Below, one piece after another: positions 62,654 through 64,000 of a stretch of DNA of 64,000 nucleotides. A program made the position numbers and the translations under genes. The stretch's first letter is position 1. Every line of letters starts with the position of its first letter. This stretch comes from an uncultured Gemmatimonadaceae bacterium. GTDB taxonomy: Bacteria > Gemmatimonadota > Gemmatimonadetes > Gemmatimonadales > Gemmatimonadaceae. Below the pieces are notes generated by a model. The model did no database searches, was not told the origin of the DNA, and saw nothing but the letters and a program-made list of their open reading frames with translations. Location of the stretch: NCBI GenBank assembly GCA_963829055.1, contig CAWHHI010000016.1, positions 640,001 through 704,000 on the forward strand. Reading direction: 5' to 3'.

Positions 62654-64000
62654 TTACGCACCGTCACCCTCGGCCACCCTGTTGACCGCGCCGCGCCGCG
62701 ACGCCGTTCGGCGCCAGCCACGACGCGCGAGCCGAAGCCGTGCGCCCAGACGCGTGGTCGACTCCCGGGTGTGATCCTCCTCGGCCGTGCGCTGCCACGC
62801 GCGCGCGAGACCCTTCCAGTCGAGCAGGCCAATCATTCGCGTCGGGTCATCGCGATCGACGACAGGAAGGCGACTGATTCGCCTCGCCAGCATGAGGCCG
62901 ACAGCTTCCTCGAGCAACGCGTCGGCGTGGGCAACTATCGCCGGTGCGCTGCCCGCGTCGAGTACACTCAGCGTGTCGCCATCCTCACGGTCGGCCGAGG
63001 CGATGAGGTCACGGCGCGTGATGATCCCCAGCAGTGCACCAGCAGCGTCGACAATCGGCCAGGCCTGATGCGGGGCCAGCACCGGGTCGTCGTTCGCCAG
63101 GCGCCGGAGCAGCCCGTCGGCAGGCATGCTCGCCGGAATGGTCGGCACGTCGCGCTCCATCACGTCCGCCACTCGAAAGCGCGACAGCGGGCTCACAGCG
63201 TATTCACGGGCAATGTGGTAGCCCCGGCGCGCAACCTTCTCCGTCAGTATCGAGCGCCGCATCACCAGCACGGTGAAGCCGTGCGCCGCGACGCACGCGA
63301 GGAAGAGCGCCGGAACGACGGATAGGTCGTGTGTAAGCTCGAGCAGGAACACCGCGGCGGTGAGCGGCGACCGCATCGTCCCGGCGAGCATCGCCGCCAT
63401 GCCAACGGCCGCCCAGAGACTCGTGTCGCCAACCGGGATGACCGCGCTTCCGATCGCGCCTAACGCGCCACCCATGATCAAGAGCGGCGCGAGCACGCCA
63501 CCCGACGTCCCCGAACCGAGCGCGACGGCCCAGATGACCGTCTTCACGGCCATCAGTCGGACGGCTGCGAGCCCCGCGAGCTGTCCCGCGAGCAGCGCGC
63601 CAATCGTATCGTAGCCGACTCCGAGCGCCTTCGGTGCAATCAGGCCGCCGATCCCCACCGCGAAGCCACCGATTGCCGGCCACCACATTGGATCGAGCGG
63701 CAGTTTGCCGAAAGCGTCCTCGCAGGCGTAGACGAGCAACGTCGCCAGCGCGGATACACCTCCGGCACACAGGCCCAGCGCAAACGCAGCGGCCAGCACC
63801 TGCCACGAGGGCGACAGATGCGGCGCCACGGTGAACAGCGGACCGCCGCCGAGGAGCGGCACACGACACGCGCCCGCAACGATCGCCGCAACGGCCACTG
63901 GGATGAAACTCCGGGGCTTCCACTCGAAGAGTAAAAGCTCGACCGCGAGCAACACCGCGGCGATAGGTGTCGCGAAGATTGCGGCCATGCCTGCCGCCGC
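62654..64000 (-). CDS. ClC chloride channel protein with CBS domains, 5' end outside the window
   Basis: AAIFATP, GTSGGVLAP, MRSPLT and SILTEK motifs plus two CBS domains. Confidence 0.93.
   Translation of the reverse strand, partial: AAAGMAAIFATPIAAVLLAVELLLFEWKPRSFIPVAVAAIVAGACRVPLLGGGPLFTVAPHLSPSWQVLAAAFALGLCAGGVSALATLLVYACEDAFGKLPLDPMWWPAIGGFAVGIGGLIAPKALGVGYDTIGALLAGQLAGLAAVRLMAVKTVIWAVALGSGTSGGVLAPLLIMGGALGAIGSAVIPVGDTSLWAAVGMAAMLAGTMRSPLTAAVFLLELTHDLSVVPALFLACVAAHGFTVLVMRRSILTEKVARRGYHIAREYAVSPLSRFRVADVMERDVPTIPASMPADGLLRRLANDDPVLAPHQAWPIVDAAGALLGIITRRDLIASADREDGDTLSVLDAGSAPAIVAHADALLEEAVGLMLARRISRLPVVDRDDPTRMIGLLDWKGLARAWQRTAEEDHTRESTTRLGARLRLARRGWRRTASRRGAVNRVAEGDGA

Overview
GC-rich (roughly 68-70% by eye) bacterial chromosome segment. 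Gene content and order suggest Gemmatimonadota; this is an inference, no search was run. Positions 1-43 kb are mostly core genes: pgeF-murA, gatCAB, pcrA/uvrD, serS, a roadblock/response-regulator/sugar-nucleotidyltransferase operon, groESL with a CIRCE element, coaX-birA-uppP-bshA-miaA-mutL, a MoxR/Bat locus, rluB-scpB-scpA, rpsT and pyrR-pyrB-pyrC. Positions 43-64 kb are an accessory patchwork: a Ser/Thr kinase, a lactonase-family MBL hydrolase, an ECF sigma factor with a truncated kinase, PadR plus a duplicated ABC permease, a CDF transporter, an amidohydrolase, K+ and ClC channels, and gene remnants. Many single-base indels, including three in groEL, point to long-read assembly errors rather than real pseudogenes. 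No rRNA, tRNA, CRISPR array, integrase or transposase was seen. Three signals stand out. (1) A non-palindromic octamer, GCCTAACG/CGTTAGGC, occurs about 35 times exactly and about 52 times as its CCTAAC core, on both strands, inside conserved genes where it forces rare codons; it resembles an uptake-sequence or HIP-type element and matches the integron core site GTTRRRY. (2) A two-gene module at 57.6-59.1 kb encodes, after repairing two frameshifts, a protein of five Arg-rich amphipathic repeats separated by acidic tracts, next to a partner carrying one similar motif. (3) GGGAAC-type heptamer repeats are translated as 'MTDRER...' N-terminal extensions in two unrelated genes.
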